A DNA stretch of 64,000 nt from Lama guanicoe. Its lineage: Eukaryota. A model generated the notes under the pieces. The model made no database searches and had not been told where the DNA came from. It saw only the letters and a list, made by a program, of their open reading frames with translations. Both the position numbers and the translations under genes were made by a program. Where the stretch lies: the NCBI GenBank assembly GCA_013239625.1, contig MU054187.1:12928974-12992973 (forward strand). Reading direction: 5' to 3'. Positions within the stretch are counted from its first letter, which is position 1, and each line of letters opens with the position of its first letter. Shown in pieces: positions 14,320 to 28,110 of the stretch.

Positions 14320-14590
14320 ACCTCAGAATCCACGAAAAGAGAGATTACGTTTTAAAAAGTTAAGATAAGGATGCAAGGATTACCAGAGAAAACATGAGAA
14401 ACATAGGTAGACACCAATTTAGGAAATTAAGCAAACAATAGTAAGAGTTCCAGAAAAAATTAATGGAGGGGGAGAAGTACTAAAGACACAGTAGAAAAAC
14501 TTTCAGAGACTTTCATTTGAAAAGGCCCATCAAGTGCTGTGCAGAAGTTAAAAATGCTCACACTCAAATATACTATTATAAAGGTCGCAG
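14320..14590 (+). mobile_element. Ancient L1 ORF1-like / HAL1-like relic
   Basis: A-rich, with motifs AGAGTTCCAGAAA, AAAACTTTCAGA and TTGAAAAGGCCCATCAAGTGC reminiscent of old L1 ORF1; by-eye recognition only. Confidence 0.4.
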
Positions 14591-14936
14591 TAGGTCATGA
14601 GTGGGAAAGGGTGGACCCCGAGAATCACATTTCCATGATCAACCCTTTGATGCTACTTGATTTTTGAAAAACATTAATGTTTATCACCATTAAATATTTA
14701 AATTCGAGGTGATGTTATTTATTTTTCATATTCATATGTCAACACATTAGTTATAATTATAGTCAAGAATTTTATTTAAATATTTATAGCTATGCATCAA
14801 AAAAGCTATTTATATCTTGAAAATTGACTATCTGTACAGCTAAATAAAATCTCTCTTTCATGCACTTTGGAAGTTATGTATTTTATAGTAAAATTTTAAA
14901 GCAAATATAAATAAAACAAAGTTCATGCCACAATCA

Positions 14937-15260
<324 letters not shown>

Positions 15261-15676
15261 CTACCAAAGCAAATCACACAAAAAATAATCTGTCAGAATA
15301 CTGCTGCTTACTCCTACATTTCAGAGTATAACCTCAATTACGTCTGTGTTTCTGTCTTCTCTGCATTCGCAGAGGGACCCACAAACACCCACTGACTGAA
15401 GGACTCAGACTTGCAAACAAATTTTATGTAAGAGCAGAGCCAATCTTCATATTTCTCCTATTCCATGGTGTATTACTTGGTAAAATTAAACCAATCTGAA
15501 AATCAAACCACTCACCATATAAAATTGCTAAAGAGATTTTTTTCAAGAGAAAAAAATATATATATTAGAAGGCTTAAGAAAGCTCTCACGGTGTAATATA
15601 AATGGATCTTTTTATATAAGAAAATCATCTGTTACATTTTTTAAAATTTCAGAAGTTAAATTGCTTTTAAAATTAC

Positions 15677-15759
15677 CTGTTGTGAACTGTTAAATCCAGA
15701 GGAATTTGTAAGTGAATTATTTCCCGTATATAAGCCTGATGATGTTGTAAAACTGCTAC
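15677..15759 (-). CDS. EYA1: EYA1 internal coding exon (83 nt, approx. exon 8): (G)[27 protein letters not shown]
   Basis: Manual translation (not in the ORF track). Acceptor tttgctctag|GTAGC, donor ACAG|gtaatt; phase 1 to 0; continues the frame between the flanking exons. Confidence 0.95.
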
Positions 15760-16539
15760 CTAGAGCAAAATAAAAAGAAATATGGTTGACTAAGCTACGT
15801 AGAGTGATGTGTCTATGGGAGATTAGTATTCAGATAAAGCAGTTGCAGGTTACTGCAAATGCATTTGGTTTATTTTCCAAACCAGAATCCACTGCCATGG
15901 CTAAAGTGTTGTTTTCTTAAAATGGTTGACAATTTTAGGTTCACTATAGTACAAAGAATTAAAAAGTGAAGAGGTTTAAATTTCTGAGGATGTGAGGAAC
16001 TCAGTTAAATTATGGACAGAATTATACATTCATGCAAAAAATTAGACGTCGAGCTTTCCATTTCAATTTGTAAGACACACCAGTATTTTTCACATCTTTA
16101 CATTAAATGTGCTTATTGTAAAGTAATGGGATCAGTTTAGATGATCTTTGAAGTTCCCTCTAGCACAAAAAACAAAATGCTTTCCAAGTCGTACTTGCCA
16201 TTTGAATAACCTGCCGAAAAAGCTGATTATTTCATTTCACAGAGGAATGAATGGAAGCACTTGAAGTATTTGATAAAGATCAGAGAGGAACATGATCTAT
16301 GTTTTATGTATTACACGTGCTGTGCAGATAACACTCTATTTGTTAAATGTCTCTGTGTTCAACAATAAACAGCAGGTGTTGGGCAGGATACAAACAAAAG
16401 AACAAACCTGAGTCTGCTCCTTCAACTGATTTACTATCTTATAATAAGTTAAACTATGCAAAGCAACAATGAGTTATTTTTGATGATCATTTTGGCAACA
16501 ATTTTTGAAAAGATCAGGGAATGGCAAATGTATAAAAAA

Positions 16540-17100
16540 TGGCGTTCATATGTGACAAAATGGGAATTTAAACAGGAGAAGCTGTTGGGCTAGTAGTCAT
16601 GACCAAGAAATTTTAAGTCAAACTATAATAATTCTACCTAATAAAACTGGAAAAGAAAAAAAAAGGAAAAAAATTTACATGCCATTTAACCTAGCAATTT
16701 TATTGCCATGTATTTACTCTAAGGAAAAAAACATGGATTTATCCAATGAGGTACTTAGCAAAGATGTTCGCCAGTGTTGTTTCTAATAACAAAACACAGA
16801 AAGCATCTCCAAGTTCTTTTAAGTGTTATTTGGAAAATGGACGACTATGAAGCTGTTAAAAAAGTACCATAATGACCTTGAACAACATGGGGAATTATTT
16901 CATACTAATTTGTTAAAACAAAAACACAATGAAAAATGTTTTTTTTGGGATCTCATTTGAAATATTTTTAAAAGCATAAAATATTTCTAGAAAGGAGGGG
17001 TGCAATCTATGGTCACATAATGTTCATGGAGCCAATGTACATTTCAAAATTTTCTACTCAGAACCTGTGTTATGTCTGTAAATAGAAAAAACTTTTTTTA
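16540..17100 (+). mobile_element. Ancient L1 (L1ME-like) 3' relic
   Basis: CCATTTAACCTAGCAATTTTATT...TTTACTCTAAGGAAA...AAAGATGTTC resembles a degenerate ORF2 end; boundaries approximate. Confidence 0.5.
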
Positions 17101-18044
17101 AACTAAAATTTTATGGCAAATGAGCATTCTAGGCAGTAAATATGTTGGCACCTTAAGGAGGACATCTTCAATGTGAACTACCTAAAGCACAGATGCATTC
17201 AGTTACAATGTGGTTGTTAATATGCACTAATTATACACTTGCTACTGAACATTTAAGGACTGGCTTAAGAGTCAGAAAACATAGATTAGAGTTTCCAGTT
17301 CATTACTTATGATCTGTTTGGACTCTGGACAAATCATCTAACTGCTCTAAGATTTAACTTCCCTGTCTGCAAAAACCCTATTTCATAGCTTCTTAAACAG
17401 ATCAAATGAGGTCATGTTTTGGAAAACACAATGAACAATCCACAGTAACACAAATGTTCAGAACTATTATTGTTTATTCCAGTAAATGTTTCTAAAATTC
17501 TCCACTGTATTTATGTATCTTTTCCCTCTTTTTACTGTCCCAAACCAGACAAATATGACTTCCTCTCTTTGCTTATCTAAAATTCTTTTCCTACTTACTT
17601 ATCAAGCAACTATGAACTTTGAAAACCCAATCCAAGGACTTGTTATTTTTATTAAGGGAAAATATTTCCTAAGATAGTTTTAAATTTAGTTATCACAGAC
17701 TCTTATTTAAGGTTTCGTCATTTGTAAATTTTAGGAATGTCAGTTGTTCAAAGTTCTCCAAACACCTACCACAGAGAAGCAGAGAGCTCTCACACTCACA
17801 CCGCTAATACTTGATCCACCACAAGCATCGCAGCCTCAGTAGACCAGTTTCCCAAATTAACGTTCACTTACACGTGGCAATCACATATCTATTAAACAAG
17901 TATTAAAACAGGCTCATGGTGATAACTGCATGAGGACAAAAGGATAACTAAGATAGAGGCTTGGACCTCTAGGTCTTATCAGGTTAACATTAGTTTTGTT
18001 TTTTATTTTTTTAAACATTGGACTTCATGGGCATATAAATCACT

Positions 18045-18225
18045 CTATATATCTGTACATCAATGAACAATTAATATTAACTATACGTAATATAGTTAAC
18101 ATATGTTATATATTATTAGTTAATATATTAGTTTCTATTTATATATCTCTATATTAATAAACATTTATATATTAATATTATTTAATATATTCTATATTAA
18201 TATTATATACATCACAAAATTATAA
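18045..18225. repeat. AT-rich low-complexity tract
   Basis: Nearly all A/T, with degenerate TATTAATA repeats. Confidence 0.8.
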
Positions 18226-19799
18226 TGAGCATTTAAAAGATTCCTTGTAAAAAATATAAATTTATTTTGGATAAGAGTCTGACTATCAATACTTTTTGAA
18301 AACTTTATTCTATACATTTGATAGGAAAAATTACTTTGGATTGTGGCTTGTTATGTTCATTTAAACTCCACATTTTTAGGTTATGACTTGCTCCTTTCAT
18401 TTATACTATACATTTTGGAACAATAAATACTGACCTCAATACTCCCCATCCACCAAGAAAATGAGTAAGATATAGAAACTATATTTTAAAAAGGGATGTT
18501 TTCATTCCATAAGTTACTCCCTGGAACAAAGTAGAAAAGACCACGGAAGCTATCTGGGCACATAGAGGCCACTGGGGACTGACCAAGTAAATCACAGTTC
18601 AGTACTCGAAATGGTACTCAAGTGACTTTCCAGACTTCACGCTACTCCTACGACTGTACATTAGCTGGAATTCAACATAAGTTATACTCATTTACTGGCT
18701 GACTGCAGGCTGAGATTCCATTCCATTCCATATGCTGAAGCAGGAGTTTAACGGCACTCCAGTGGCCCAGGAGACTTAATGCAACTTCCACAAGGATCTA
18801 ACTTACTTCAGGCACAGGGGTACAGACTGCAGAGTTAGGCTCAGGCAATATTCATTTTGAACCCCCAGAATCAGATCTGCAGGGCCGCCCCGGCTGCCTC
18901 CACATAGGACTTAGGCAAAGAGAGCTGCTAACTTCCAGTCTAGGCCACCAGTGCTGAGTTTCCCTAACAGCCTCCTTTCCTGGTTTCCGGCCCGCCTCCT
19001 GGCCCCTCCAGTTCATCCTCCACAAATCCAGTTGAGTACTTTCTCTACGTGCCTATCTGACCTTCTCGCTCCCCTGTTCAATAAGTAACTGTTAGTGGCC
19101 CCTGTGACCCTCAGGATAAAACTCAAACGCCTTTCCAGGGCTTACATATTAGGCCCTACTTGGTCTGACTTCAGTTTATCTCTTAGATTTCTTTGGTCTC
19201 CTCCCAGTAACCCCAACCCCACCCAGATACACATTCCAGCCTCACGGGCGGTTCTCTTAAGGCTACTCTTTAACCTCTTACCCTCTCCCACTGCATCCCG
19301 GCTAACTTCTAATCAGCTCCTCAATTCAGCATGGACCAGAAACGCCTTTCCTTAGAAAAACCATCCCTGAATTCCCCTCCTCTCTTTCCTCCTAAGCCTG
19401 GGTTACTGAATTTCTCTCTGTCTCCCTCTCTAGCTCTGCTATATGTATATATTACATATATGAACGGTAACAATGGATAACATGCATTGAATGCCTACTG
19501 TATGCTAGGAGTCAGTTTGGTTTTTACATGCTCTATCTATACGCGACAATAACTTGATACTGTAGGGAAACAGAGGATGAGGTTGAGATAACAGAGCTTC
19601 CATGGGGTGGAAGTGAAGCTCAGCACAGCTCTGTCTGGTTTTAGAGTCAACACAATGCTGTCTCATGTGCTTTCACCCTGTTCTTTATTGCTTCATGGGA
19701 AGTTCTGAAATTCACCGAGTTTTCTAAGAGGATGGAAAAACACAGGGGGTGCAAACATAGAATCCAAAAAGGAATGACAAGAACAAAAAATCATACTTA

Positions 19800-20030
19800 A
19801 AACGCATTGAGTGCTTACTCTGAGCCAGGCCCAAATCAAGTATTTTGCATGTGACGACTCACGAGCTCTTAAAACCGCCACCCCACCCCCAAGGCAGGTG
19901 CTATTCTGTCCCGTTTTACAGATGAAGAAACTGCCCAAGATTATAAGCAGGTGTGGCAGACCGGGGATTCAATACCAGGCCATCTGGCCCCAGAGTCGAA
20001 GCTCTTAATCTCCACGGTATACTGCCTCTC
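19800..20030 (-). mobile_element. MIR SINE relic
   Basis: CATTGAGTGCTTACTCTGAGCCAGG...CCCGTTTTACAGATGAAGAAACTG. Confidence 0.72.
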
Positions 20031-21189
20031 AAAGTCACCAGAGTTCTTTTCCTTTTAATATTTTTTTTACCAACATATTCAACATACAGCTAACTATTTG
20101 CTACAGAATCAACAGGAGTGATTTGGACCAGTTAAGTGGCACAAATCTGGGCCTCTCCCCAGACACAGGAATCACTGTCTTACTGTGGCAGGAGGGGGAG
20201 GATGTGACCTGAAAATCCACAGGCTTACCAAATACCCGGAGTACCTGATTTCTAGCCACTTTGCTTTAGGACCAATTCGGCAGGTGTTTAAGCAACTGCT
20301 TCAAAAAACTCGTACCAGTATAAGCTTTGTTTTTACACTAAGAAAGGAGTCGCACTCACCAAGCATTTACAGAACGGAAGCATCTCAGTGTGTGTTTTGG
20401 GGGTTTGTGGCCCTTGAGCTGGGCTGCATAAAGCTCATAGGGAGAAAGGGTCCCACTTTGACGGCTGATCTGATGCAGATTTGGTACCAGCACTACCAGA
20501 TGAATTTCACGCAAGTTCAGAACACCACGAAGCAAAGGCGACACAGCAATGACAACGCTCCCAAAAAAGCTTCCATGTGTAGCTACTAAACCCACTTCCG
20601 ATTCTACACAGACCCAGGAGAAGAGGCACATTTGTGCAGAAGGCTGCCATGCACCAAGCTTGAATATGGCTGCCACAGGGGAGAAAGGGCGTCAGACATG
20701 ACCCGGAAAAACAGACCTCCTTCTTCCATTAGGATCCATCCTCTAAGAGTTTTTGTTTGATTCGTAAGAGTCTCCACTTGCAACTTCAGGTCATAGATTT
20801 AGGCTTAGTATTGAGAATTCATCTATCAAAAGTAATATGGAAGTATTTCCCTTCCTAGACACAAATGACTTTACATGAAAAGTCATCTCTAGATAAAGAG
20901 AACAGAAATTTTCTATGATAAATTGTTTTACACTTTATGTAACATTATATAATGAAAATTCCCCCAAAGTAGAATGAATTTCCATTTAGAATCCATTATT
21001 TCTCCCTCAGGGAATTTGGCAGAAATTGGTTCAAATGAAGCTCCAGTAATACTCAATATTCTTGGTAAAGTTTGGAATTAAGTTACCCTCCAAGTGGGGT
21101 GGCAGTGGGGATACCTTCTTCCCCATTGGTTAAAAGGAAGACATTAGTTAAAAGTTTAAATAGTTTACCATCATGAAAAAAATCGCGTC

Positions 21190-21307
21190 TTTTTTTTCAG
21201 ATTCCACATATAAGTGATATGGATGACTGAAGCATTGTGTTGTCCACCAGAAATTGACACTACATTGTAAACTGACTATACTCCAATAAATTAAAAAAAA
21301 AAAGGTT
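21190..21307 (+). mobile_element. Very short L1 insertion with 5' inversion
   Basis: 21190-21219 is the reverse complement of the L1 ORF2 end (TATCACTTATATGTGGAATCTGAAAAAAA), followed by a forward 3' terminus with A-tail; flanked by AAAAAAATC(G/A)C at 21176-21186 and 21308-21318. Confidence 0.75.
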
Positions 21308-23563
21308 AAAAAAATCACAGCTCTGCTTCTTTTCTGGCAGGGAGCGGAAACACTAATTTCCGGAACAGAATGCTGGAAAAATCTTTCCCTTTAGAACATC
21401 TCTAAAAGACAAAATTATTGTTTTCATTCTATTGCCTTCTTTTAAAGTTGATAAATTTTATAGTCTGAATGGGAAGGTTACACATGTTATTTTATGGGGG
21501 GTAAAAAAAAACTTCTCAAGTCAGTTCAGGCAACAGCGTTTACTGGCACATCTACCTGGCGCGGCACCGGCACAACGGTCACTCTAGACGGTGCTGTGGA
21601 CCAAAAGAAGCTGTGTTATGAGTCTATGCCTGGGAGGAAAAATTAAAAACACACAAACTCATGAAAACGACACGAAGAAACACGGACTCATGCTCCCTAC
21701 GTGGGCACCACATGACATGGAGCTGCTCAGTGGATGAAATGAAAACACTTGGTTAGATTGGGAAGGAAAACACACAGAAAAACATCAAGAACAGTATTCT
21801 GGGCAAGACGTGAGGATAAACTCTCCAAAGGAGAAGATCAGAGAGTGACAGGTTGATAGGGCAGCAGGGGGAGAAACTTAAGGTAGGTGACAGATGTTTC
21901 TTGATCATTTGTTTAAGAAAAGAATAACAGTTCAGGAAAAGAAATGGCATTCTTTAACGGGAAACCCCCCAAATCTGAATGTTGAACATACCATTATTAG
22001 CATATTGGGACACAGGAAATGTTACAGTTCTGATTCTCCTTTTCAGGATTGAAGGAGGTGGGGGAAAGCTATTATAAGTGAAAGGCTATGTGTGTTTATA
22101 TAACTGGTCCTGGAGATGTTGGAGAGTTGGGAGTGGAGGTGGTGAGGAGAGAAATACCCCACACCAAGCCACTTCCTAACGCTTCCTGTCCCCCGCTCAC
22201 CCTATCCATTCAGAACAGGTCCCTGCTCCCCTGCTCTCTTGAAAATCCATCTTACTCACCCTTGCTCTTTTTATTTAGTGCTTCCCTCTGTCAGTCCTCA
22301 TCTCCCATCTTTTAAGATCTGGCTGAAGTCCCATTGCCTCAATCAGCTTCCCCTGACTATTCTCTTCTGCACTGATTTTACCTTCTGGGAACTAGAGCTC
22401 ACTACAATTTGTTACCACTGTTCTTAGAACAGCACTGAACGAGCCCACATTAGTCTTATTTTCATCCTGACCATAAGTTCCTTAAATCCATGTGTTACAT
22501 TTACTCACCTGTCTCCCATGGAGAAGGAGAAACTGCGTCTGACTCATGCCTTTGAGGGGGGTCATGTGGGCACCAGCGGGAGACAGAACTGGTACCTGAG
22601 AATTTCAATCCAGGGTCCAGTGAAGATACAACTGTCATAAAGACTCAGGTGTAGGAATGGGAGGAACCCTTTCCATGACATTTTTTGGTGGTGGTGGTAG
22701 GAGGCTGTTTGGAAGGGTGATGTGAATGGGCCCAAAAGACATCAGGAAAGAAAAACATCTCTCAACTTCCTTATTTGTTCAGCAATGAAAAGGGCAGTGG
22801 GGAAAGGAAAAATAACCAAAGCATAATTGCTGATTTCTCAGGTTTTTAATCTAAAGGACACATACTTTGCTGGTTTCTTTTAAACTAGATGATGCATAAA
22901 GGCTTAGCTTTAAAAACTAGATTATAATCACTACTTCAGATTGTAATTATAAGAATATTCAATGCAGGACCCATAAGCTCCTTGTGGAAGGATTTAAAAT
23001 ATTTCTGAATTTCCAGAAGGAAAATCTAGCAGATTTTTAAATCAAATCAAATGAAATCAAATCATTTGAATAGCTCAAAAAATCTCACTGCTCTAACTCA
23101 GATATTGGTAAATCATGGGTCTATGGATAAAAGTAAGGGTCTTGCTTGCATGTGAAAAATTTCAAATTCAGAATGCAGTAACATTCTACATTTTTATAGT
23201 ACATTTATATTTCGGTATTTCCACATTCCATTGTCTCGGGTTATTTGCCACATCAGTAGGTGAGGTAGCTGAAACGGGATCCTTGCCACTTTCCAAAAAG
23301 CAGAGAGAACGGCTGATTTCCTTGTGCAAAGACTCCTTGTGCAAAGACCGTTAGCCTCACTTCTAGGTCAGTTTTCCACCCAACCACACCAAATCCACCC
23401 TTTAGATGTTCCAATTCAGTCATGTCAAAAGTGAGTTATATAATGTGAAACACGGTATTAATTTTTGGCTCCACAAACATTACGGACACACAAGGGCATC
23501 TGAGAAATTTCATAAATAAATCTGGTATCAAACTATCTCATTTCTAAAGGACTACATCATAAC

Positions 23564-23812
23564 TTTATTTTTTTATTTATTTTTAATTTTTTATTGAAGT
23601 GTAGTTGATTTACAATGTTAGTTTCAGATGTATAGCAAAGTGATTCAGTTATACATATACATACATATATTTTTTTCTTTTCAGATTCTTTTCCAGTATA
23701 TGTTATTACAAGAAATTGAATACTATTCCTTGTGCTCTACAGTAGGTTCTTATTGTTTATCTATTTTGTATATAGTAATGTTAATCCCCAACCCTAATTC
23801 ATCCCAACCTCC
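23564..23812 (-). mobile_element. L1 3' end fragment, minus strand
   Basis: Poly-T start, then TTTATTGAAGTGTAGTTGATTTACAATG...CCTTGTGCTCTACAGTAGG, the reverse complement of the 3'UTR family seen elsewhere in the window. Confidence 0.85.
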
Positions 23813-23814
23813 TT

Positions 23815-23851
23815 GTGTTAGTAGTATAGTGGTGAGCATAGCTGCCTTCCA
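23815..23851 (+). pseudogene. 5'-half tRNA-Gly(TCC) retropseudogene
   Basis: GTGTTAGTAGTATAGTGGTGAGCATAGCTGCCTTCCA matches 34/37 to the mammalian tRNA-Gly-TCC 5' half as I recall it (GCGTTGGTGGTATAGTGGTGAGCATAGCTGCCTTCCA); the match stops one base after the anticodon. Confidence 0.85.
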
Positions 23852-24099
23852 CTGTAACTCTTTCGAGGCTGGTAAACAAGTTTAAAAGTCAATCATATAA
23901 AGTGGCCCAAGGATAGTGTATCAAACGACTGGCTTTCTTTTTGTCCCTGTCAGGAGTTCCTACAGAGAAAGGGTGGTGGTCTCCTCAACCATAACAAACG
24001 AGAAACAGTCTTGCTAGGAGACCCTGTGTGGGCCACCCGGTTCTATACGTGCTAAGCGACTGTAGTTTAAAAATAAACCAACTCCTCAAAACCTTTATT

Positions 24100-24330
24100 A
24101 ATAATAGATCAAAGACAAATTTCTTCTGTGTAGCACAGGGAATTATATTCAATATCTTGTAATAACCTTTAATGAAAAAGAATATGAAAATGAATAGATG
24201 TACATATATGTATGCCTGGGACATTATGCTGCACACCAGAAACTGACACATTGTAACTGACTGTACATCAATAAAATTTAAAGATAAAATAAAATACTGG
24301 CTGAATAAATAAACTGAAAAAAAAGTAAAA
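24100..24330 (+). mobile_element. L1 3' end fragment
   Basis: CTGTGTAGCACAGGGAATTATATTCAATATCTTGT...ACTGACTGTACATCAATAAAA with an A-rich tail. Confidence 0.82.
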
Positions 24331-27300
24331 ATAAATACACCTTCTTCACAATTAAGAAGAACCCAGTCTAGGTTGTTTCATAACATGATTTAAAGTATTA
24401 AATCAAAGTTCTGTGTGAGACTGAAGCTGGAGAGCACTGCCCAGCTATAACTTCAAAAAACTTCAATTAAAAAAAAAGGGTTACGTGTAGGTCAAAGGTC
24501 TACTTCACAGAGAACAAGGACTCACATTAAAAACCAGAATCCCAGCCAACGTAAGAATGCTGGAACCTGCTGGGGCCTGTCTGTACTTCCCATGTTTTAG
24601 AGCATTTTCTAGCACTTACGCGGCAAGCAGGATGCTAACTGTCCCTCGTGTATTTTCACAGAAGTGCATTTGCTTTCCTTCCCTGGCCTCTTTGCCATGG
24701 GCTATGTCCATCATCGGGCGCGATCTATGTGGCAGAAGTTAGTGCGGCTCCCTGGGGAAAAGCCTCTGAAGGCCAGATGGGCTATTTAAAACCACAGTTT
24801 TCCCCTTTTCTTATAAGAAGGAGTTTAAATGACCAAGTTTTCCTTTTTATCTCAATAATAGTTTGTATATTCCAAAGATAATTTTTAACTAAGGTAATAA
24901 ACACAGCAAAGCCTTGACATTTATCTTTCTTGAACTATTTCTATAGATTTTAATAAAAACCAATTTGTTATCAATAATAATATTGGTATTGATCACTGAT
25001 TAATTATTGTGATTACCGGATTTCAAAAGATAGCCATACAATTTTCAACACACGTCATTTGAAATAGCATGAGATGCCAAAAGAACTGAAACAAAATATT
25101 ACCGTAAAAAATCAACTGAAGCAAAAAAAAAAAATTCTAGAATGCTAAAAAAGCCACAGACTAAAATAGAAATATGAGTAGACTGGCAAAGCAATTGAGG
25201 AGAAATTTTGAACATCAATGCAGGCTTCAGTTACAATTCTATCATGTCATTTTATGCCAGCAAGTCCAAATCTCAAAGGTTTTATCACTGCAGATTATTA
25301 AAAAGGTTTAATATAGATTTTCTTAAAATCATATATCTGGAGTTTGATATTTTTCCTTTTGAAAAATACCACTTCTATAGATAATGAAAACACTTTAACA
25401 GTGTATTTTGCTAAGCACTTTTGAGGTTCTAAAACACGAATAAACTGAAACACTTCAGCTATATTTGGAAAGCTACAGACAGGCAGCCCAGAGGAAATAA
25501 GGGTGGTTGCCTTCGTAGAGAATTATTGGATCGTTCCCACTTCGTTACGAGCCCCAGATCAGCGAGGTGCCGAGCGCTGAGAGCTGTCACCCCTCCACGT
25601 CCCATTGACAAACCTCTGCCCTTATTTACTGACTCTCCTCACTGGCTGGAACCCCAATCTCTTTAACAGAACAAACAATGTTATATACGAAGAGAGAGAG
25701 AGAATCTGTGTTATTTTCTTCTCTAAGTGAGAGCAATAAAGCCTAAAGGAAAATAAACAAAGCAGTTTCCAGGGCTCTCTGGGTTTCTCTCCTGTGCATC
25801 TGTGTCGTCCCTCCTATCTATCATGGCAAATCCTGACACCGTCTCGCTGAAGAATGACAGGAATGTCCCCACCATCCCAATAAAACACTCAGAAGAGCCT
25901 TCTGTACAAAGATGGCGATTCTGTGATGCCTCCAACCAGTTCCGTCTACTATGAACACAAGGGAAGATTGCTTTGAACAAACTACGATAATAAACTAACC
26001 AAGACTTTTATGATGCTCAATTCCAAATTCATTTCCCCAAAATGAAGAGAATTAAAGTCCTTATGAATCTTAATTTCTAACTTTCATCATGACAGAGCCT
26101 CTCCACTCCTAGCACACATTTGTCTATTTCAGACAGGCTTACAGATAGTGGGGGTGAAAATACGAGAAAAGATGGTCTCTACCTGCAACTGTCGAAAATC
26201 AGTAGAAGAACTAAGTTATTGCAGAAAGCTGGGTTTGCTGCAAAGCTGAGGCATAAACCGTTGAGAGACCAGACTTCATTTTCATTGCTTTTTCTGTGAA
26301 AATCTTCTTTGCATTTCCTCACCTCAAACAGACTGCTAAGCAAAATGTCATTGTCCTCCTGTGATTCAGCCTCAAAATTATGATCACAGTTTCTCATTTT
26401 TTGTGGTTGAATGGAACTCTAAGTCTATGGTATACGGGATGTGGGGTAAATAAATGGGGACGTGACCAACAGGTTTGGAGCTTGTGTTTTTAAAAAATTG
26501 TAAGTAAAAGCTTGCTTCCAAATCAGATGCTTCTTTTACATAAAAGGAGAATAAAGCTTGCTCATGACAAACTGGGCAGATACTCTGTGAAACTGGTCAG
26601 TGAGTCAAAGGCTGAAGCAGTTTCTTCTAAGTAGTTTTCTTGCCCTTAGTACACGTACACACACACTCACACCCCCCTTCGTTCTTGTGTCCGTGCTCTT
26701 TGATTGAAAACACTATTTACACGATCTGCACAGTTGACCCAGGGGTCTCCAGGCACCCCTTGTCCATCTACACTCCCCCATTCAGCTAGCTCATTTGCAT
26801 AAGGTTTGTCAATGGTGTGTGAAGAAAAATCTCACACCATCTAAAACCTCTTCCAGAAACATGGAGGCTGACTCTGGGGAGCAGGAAGATGTCAAAAACT
26901 AACAGCAAGGATCTCACTTCCTCGGAAGGAACTCTACAGTTCTCTATGAACAGAGACATTTTGTCTTTCTCTGTTGAACTTAAGTTTCTAATCTTTCACT
27001 GGATGTACAAATGAGATCCAATTAAAGCACAAAGGGAATTTTCCGGAATCTTGCAGCAAAGGTAAAAGCAATCAGATTTCCCAGTCCCTGAGGTTTCACT
27101 CCGTGTGCTCAGTATTAGTGCACCTAAAACAAAAATCTGATCCTTGTTTGGTTTAAAATGGCATGTGCTGGATTCACGGAAGTCTGCCATGGACCGCAGT
27201 GCTGAACACTGGAGCTGGAAGGATCCAGAAGGTTCATCTGGACTAAACAAGGGCACCAAGGCTGGCCTAGTTCACAAGGCAGTGCCACAACGTCCACAGA

Positions 27301-27575
27301 TTACAACACAAATCTTTCCCATAAGTGCCATAAAAATGCCAAAGCACAGACAGTGCCCAGAAATGAGTTCTCTAAAGAAAACTTTCTAGAGCTTCACGAG
27401 CTGGTGTTTTTGACTACTTACAGGACTAGCTGTGTGACGCACTGCCTCAGTTACCTGAAGAGCACATCTATCCTTCAGAGAAGATACACTACAGGCAACT
27501 GCATTATTTTTTTTGTAGTTTTCTGTAAGCACCTCCCCTATAAGTGTTGCCATTTATGTGTATAGAAAACATGGC

Positions 27576-27682
27576 GGGGTGGGGGTGGGTATAGCTCAAT
27601 GGTAGAGCACATGCTTAGCATGCATGAGGTCCTGGGTTCAATCCCCAGTACTTCCATTTCAAAAAAAAAGAATATTAAAAAA
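27576..27682 (+). mobile_element. tRNA-derived SINE (camelid-type, inferred) with perfect 12-bp TSD
   Basis: GGGTATAGCTCAATGGTAGAGC (A box), GGGTTCAATCCC (B box), A-tail; TSD AGAAAACATGGC at 27564-27575 and 27683-27694. Confidence 0.9.
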
Positions 27683-27879
27683 AGAAAACATGGCAAGGTC
27701 TGATAGTTCTAAACCTTTCTCCTTTTTGATGTATTCTTCAGCATTTTCAGGTTCCTACCTTTGAAAGTCATTGTTTCCAGGTTGTTGTAAGTATTAAATG
27801 AGATAATATATGTAAAATAATTAGCAAAGTCCTGGGCATATAATAAGTGCACAATAACAATGAATGTCATAAACATGAA

Positions 27880-28110
27880 ACTAAGAATTTGAATGGTTAC
27901 TATGTGCCAAATGTTGTTCAGAGTAACATACATGGATAATCTCAATTAGATCTCACAACATTACTCTGGGAACAGGTAATGTTATCTCCAAATTTGAGAC
28001 GAAGAAGTAGAGACGTGAAGAAGTGAAGTCCCATGCTGAAGTCCCACTGAGAACAAGGGCAGAGCTGTTCGACAGGCAGTCTGACTCGGGAACATACACT
28101 AGACACTGTT
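27880..28110 (-). mobile_element. MIR SINE relic (a plus-strand MIR tail precedes it at about 27760-27860)
   Basis: TTACTATGTGCCA...CTCACAACA...GTTATCTCCAAATTTGAGACGAAGAAGTAGAG. Confidence 0.6.

Noticed and set aside
21545..21600. Two CTCF-like GC-rich motifs
   Set aside because: Several mismatches or a spacing shift from the core consensus; not supportable without PWM scoring.
23319..23348. 15-bp tandem duplication TCCTTGTGCAAAGAC x 2
   Set aside because: Ordinary slippage micro-duplication.
27576..27682. Possible functional tRNA genes here and at 2799-2888
   Set aside because: A-tails, target-site duplications and G-rich leaders mark them as tRNA-derived SINEs.
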